From: Cystobasidiomycetes sp. EMM_F5
Taxonomy: Eukaryota
DNA length: 64,000 nucleotides
Assembly: GCA_051047955.1 (NCBI GenBank)
Contig: JBPGPT010000025.1
Location: 124,001-188,000, forward strand
Reading direction: 5' to 3'
The notes beneath the pieces were generated by a model. The model ran no database searches, was not told where the DNA came from, and saw only the letters and a list, made by a program, of their open reading frames with translations. Numbering within the stretch: position 1 is the stretch's first letter; each line of letters starts with the position of its first letter. Below are positions 62,893 through 64,000 of this stretch, piece after piece. A program made the position numbers and the translations under genes.

Positions 62893-63666
62893 ATGGCTGT
62901 CTCGTTAATACTCCCATGCCGCTCTGCTGTACTCGGCGCATCCCGCAGAGCAGTCCATACTCAATTACGCCAGAGTATGGGGCAGCCATCGAGGACGACG
63001 CTGGAAGGCTGTCAAAGATGCACCTTCTCGACTGGACGGGCAGTGTTGGCAGACACGACACTCTCAAACAAGAAGGAGGCAGACAAGGTCACCGCGCCGT
63101 CCCAGGTCGGGCGCGATGGCTTGTTTGAATGAAGGATATTGGCTGATTGGAGTTGATATTGTATACAGGCCGATGACCCTTGGGCAATCCCGATGCAGCA
63201 CTCTGGAACCTTGCCAGACGATATTCCAGTATCGCACATCCAGGGAGATACCGGGCATCCAGAAGGGCGAGACCTGAACGAGCCAACAGAGACGATGAGG
63301 TCGCGCTTGGTCTACCAGAGCCGGAAGCGGGGCATACTCGAGATGGAGATGCTCCTGTCCACATTCATCGACTCTGGCAAGCTAAAAAATATGTCGAGGG
63401 AGGATATGCAGCAGTACGATAGGCTCCTGACTCTCCCAGACTGGACAATCTACTACTGGATCATCGGCAAGAAGGAGATTCCCGAAGATGTAGAGTGGAA
63501 AGACTCGAAGATTATACGTAGGTGCAGCGATTCACGCAATTCTCCTGTCACTGATACGAGTCACTCTGGTCCAGGCGAACTGACAAAACACGCAGCCAAC
63601 GAAGGCAAAGTCGTCAGAAAGATGCCAGAGATTCAATCATATGGCATTAAGGGAGCGTCATCGTAG
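62893..63666 (+). CDS. SDH5: Succinate dehydrogenase assembly factor 2 (Sdh5/SDHAF2), 3 exons
   Basis: Mitochondrial-type N-terminus; RSRLVYQSRKRGILEMEMLLSTF and YDRLLTLPDWTIYYW are Sdh5 signatures. Confidence 0.93.
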
Positions 63667-64000
63667 CATCTACAGTGCTTGTAACAATAAGAAAGCCCAT
63701 GCGCAGAGGCTACCGTTCGCAAGCAAGCCGATGTTTGTACAGTCTCGATGCACAATATCTGCCGGATCCGATTTTCAGGATTCTAATCTCCAGCAACTTG
63801 CTCCTCCACGACCTCTTACACCACGTTGATTCGTCTCTCATAGCACTGCTTCCCGCGCACAACTTGTTTCGTTAGTCAATGCCCAATTCTGCAGCGTGAC
63901 TCTCTTAACGCGTACAAAATTCTTTAGAGCACCAGACTCCGCGGCAGTACGCTAGTGTTGGCAGTGCAGCAGGGTACAGCCAGAGTGATGAGGGTGGTCT

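Noticed and set aside
1..64000. Transposons, tRNA/rRNA genes, PKS/NRPS backbone genes
   Set aside because: No transposase, RT or integrase motifs, terminal repeats, RNA gene signatures or synthase domains were recognised by eye. Short or degenerate elements could have been missed.

Overview
Gene-dense, intron-rich fungal genomic DNA. Introns are mostly about 50-70 nt (GT..AG with CTGAC/CTAAC branch sites). The source is most likely a basidiomycete, plausibly a Pucciniomycotina yeast (inference from intron style and protein features). About 25 genes were reconstructed by hand across introns. Housekeeping genes include ALG2, DHH1, RPN3, SDH1, SEC24, an SH3-PX-BAR sorting nexin, MIP1, TLG1, an ELYS-like nucleoporin, NDUFAF2, a PTGR-like reductase, carboxypeptidase Y, MOT1 and SDH5. 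Two accessory-looking blocks stand out. (1) At about 1-14 kb is a glycosylation cluster: a UDP-galactose-type nucleotide-sugar transporter next to three paralogous type II membrane GT25-like glycosyltransferases, flanked by ALG2, with a further GT-like gene nearby. This is the best candidate for an undescribed glycan-synthesis module. (2) At about 16.8-27.7 kb is an island with two AmpC-like serine hydrolases bracketing a secreted DUF1254/DUF1214 protein, a small Cys-rich secreted protein and a Kex2-processed repeat precursor. Other points: an intronless orphan with nucleoside-hydrolase/XopQ-like motifs, 4-12 nt microexons in SDH1 and GH128, a GC-AG intron inside a WW-like domain of Sec24, and an internal duplication in Mip1. 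No RNA genes, transposons or CRISPR arrays were recognised. All calls come from motif recognition only; no searches were run.
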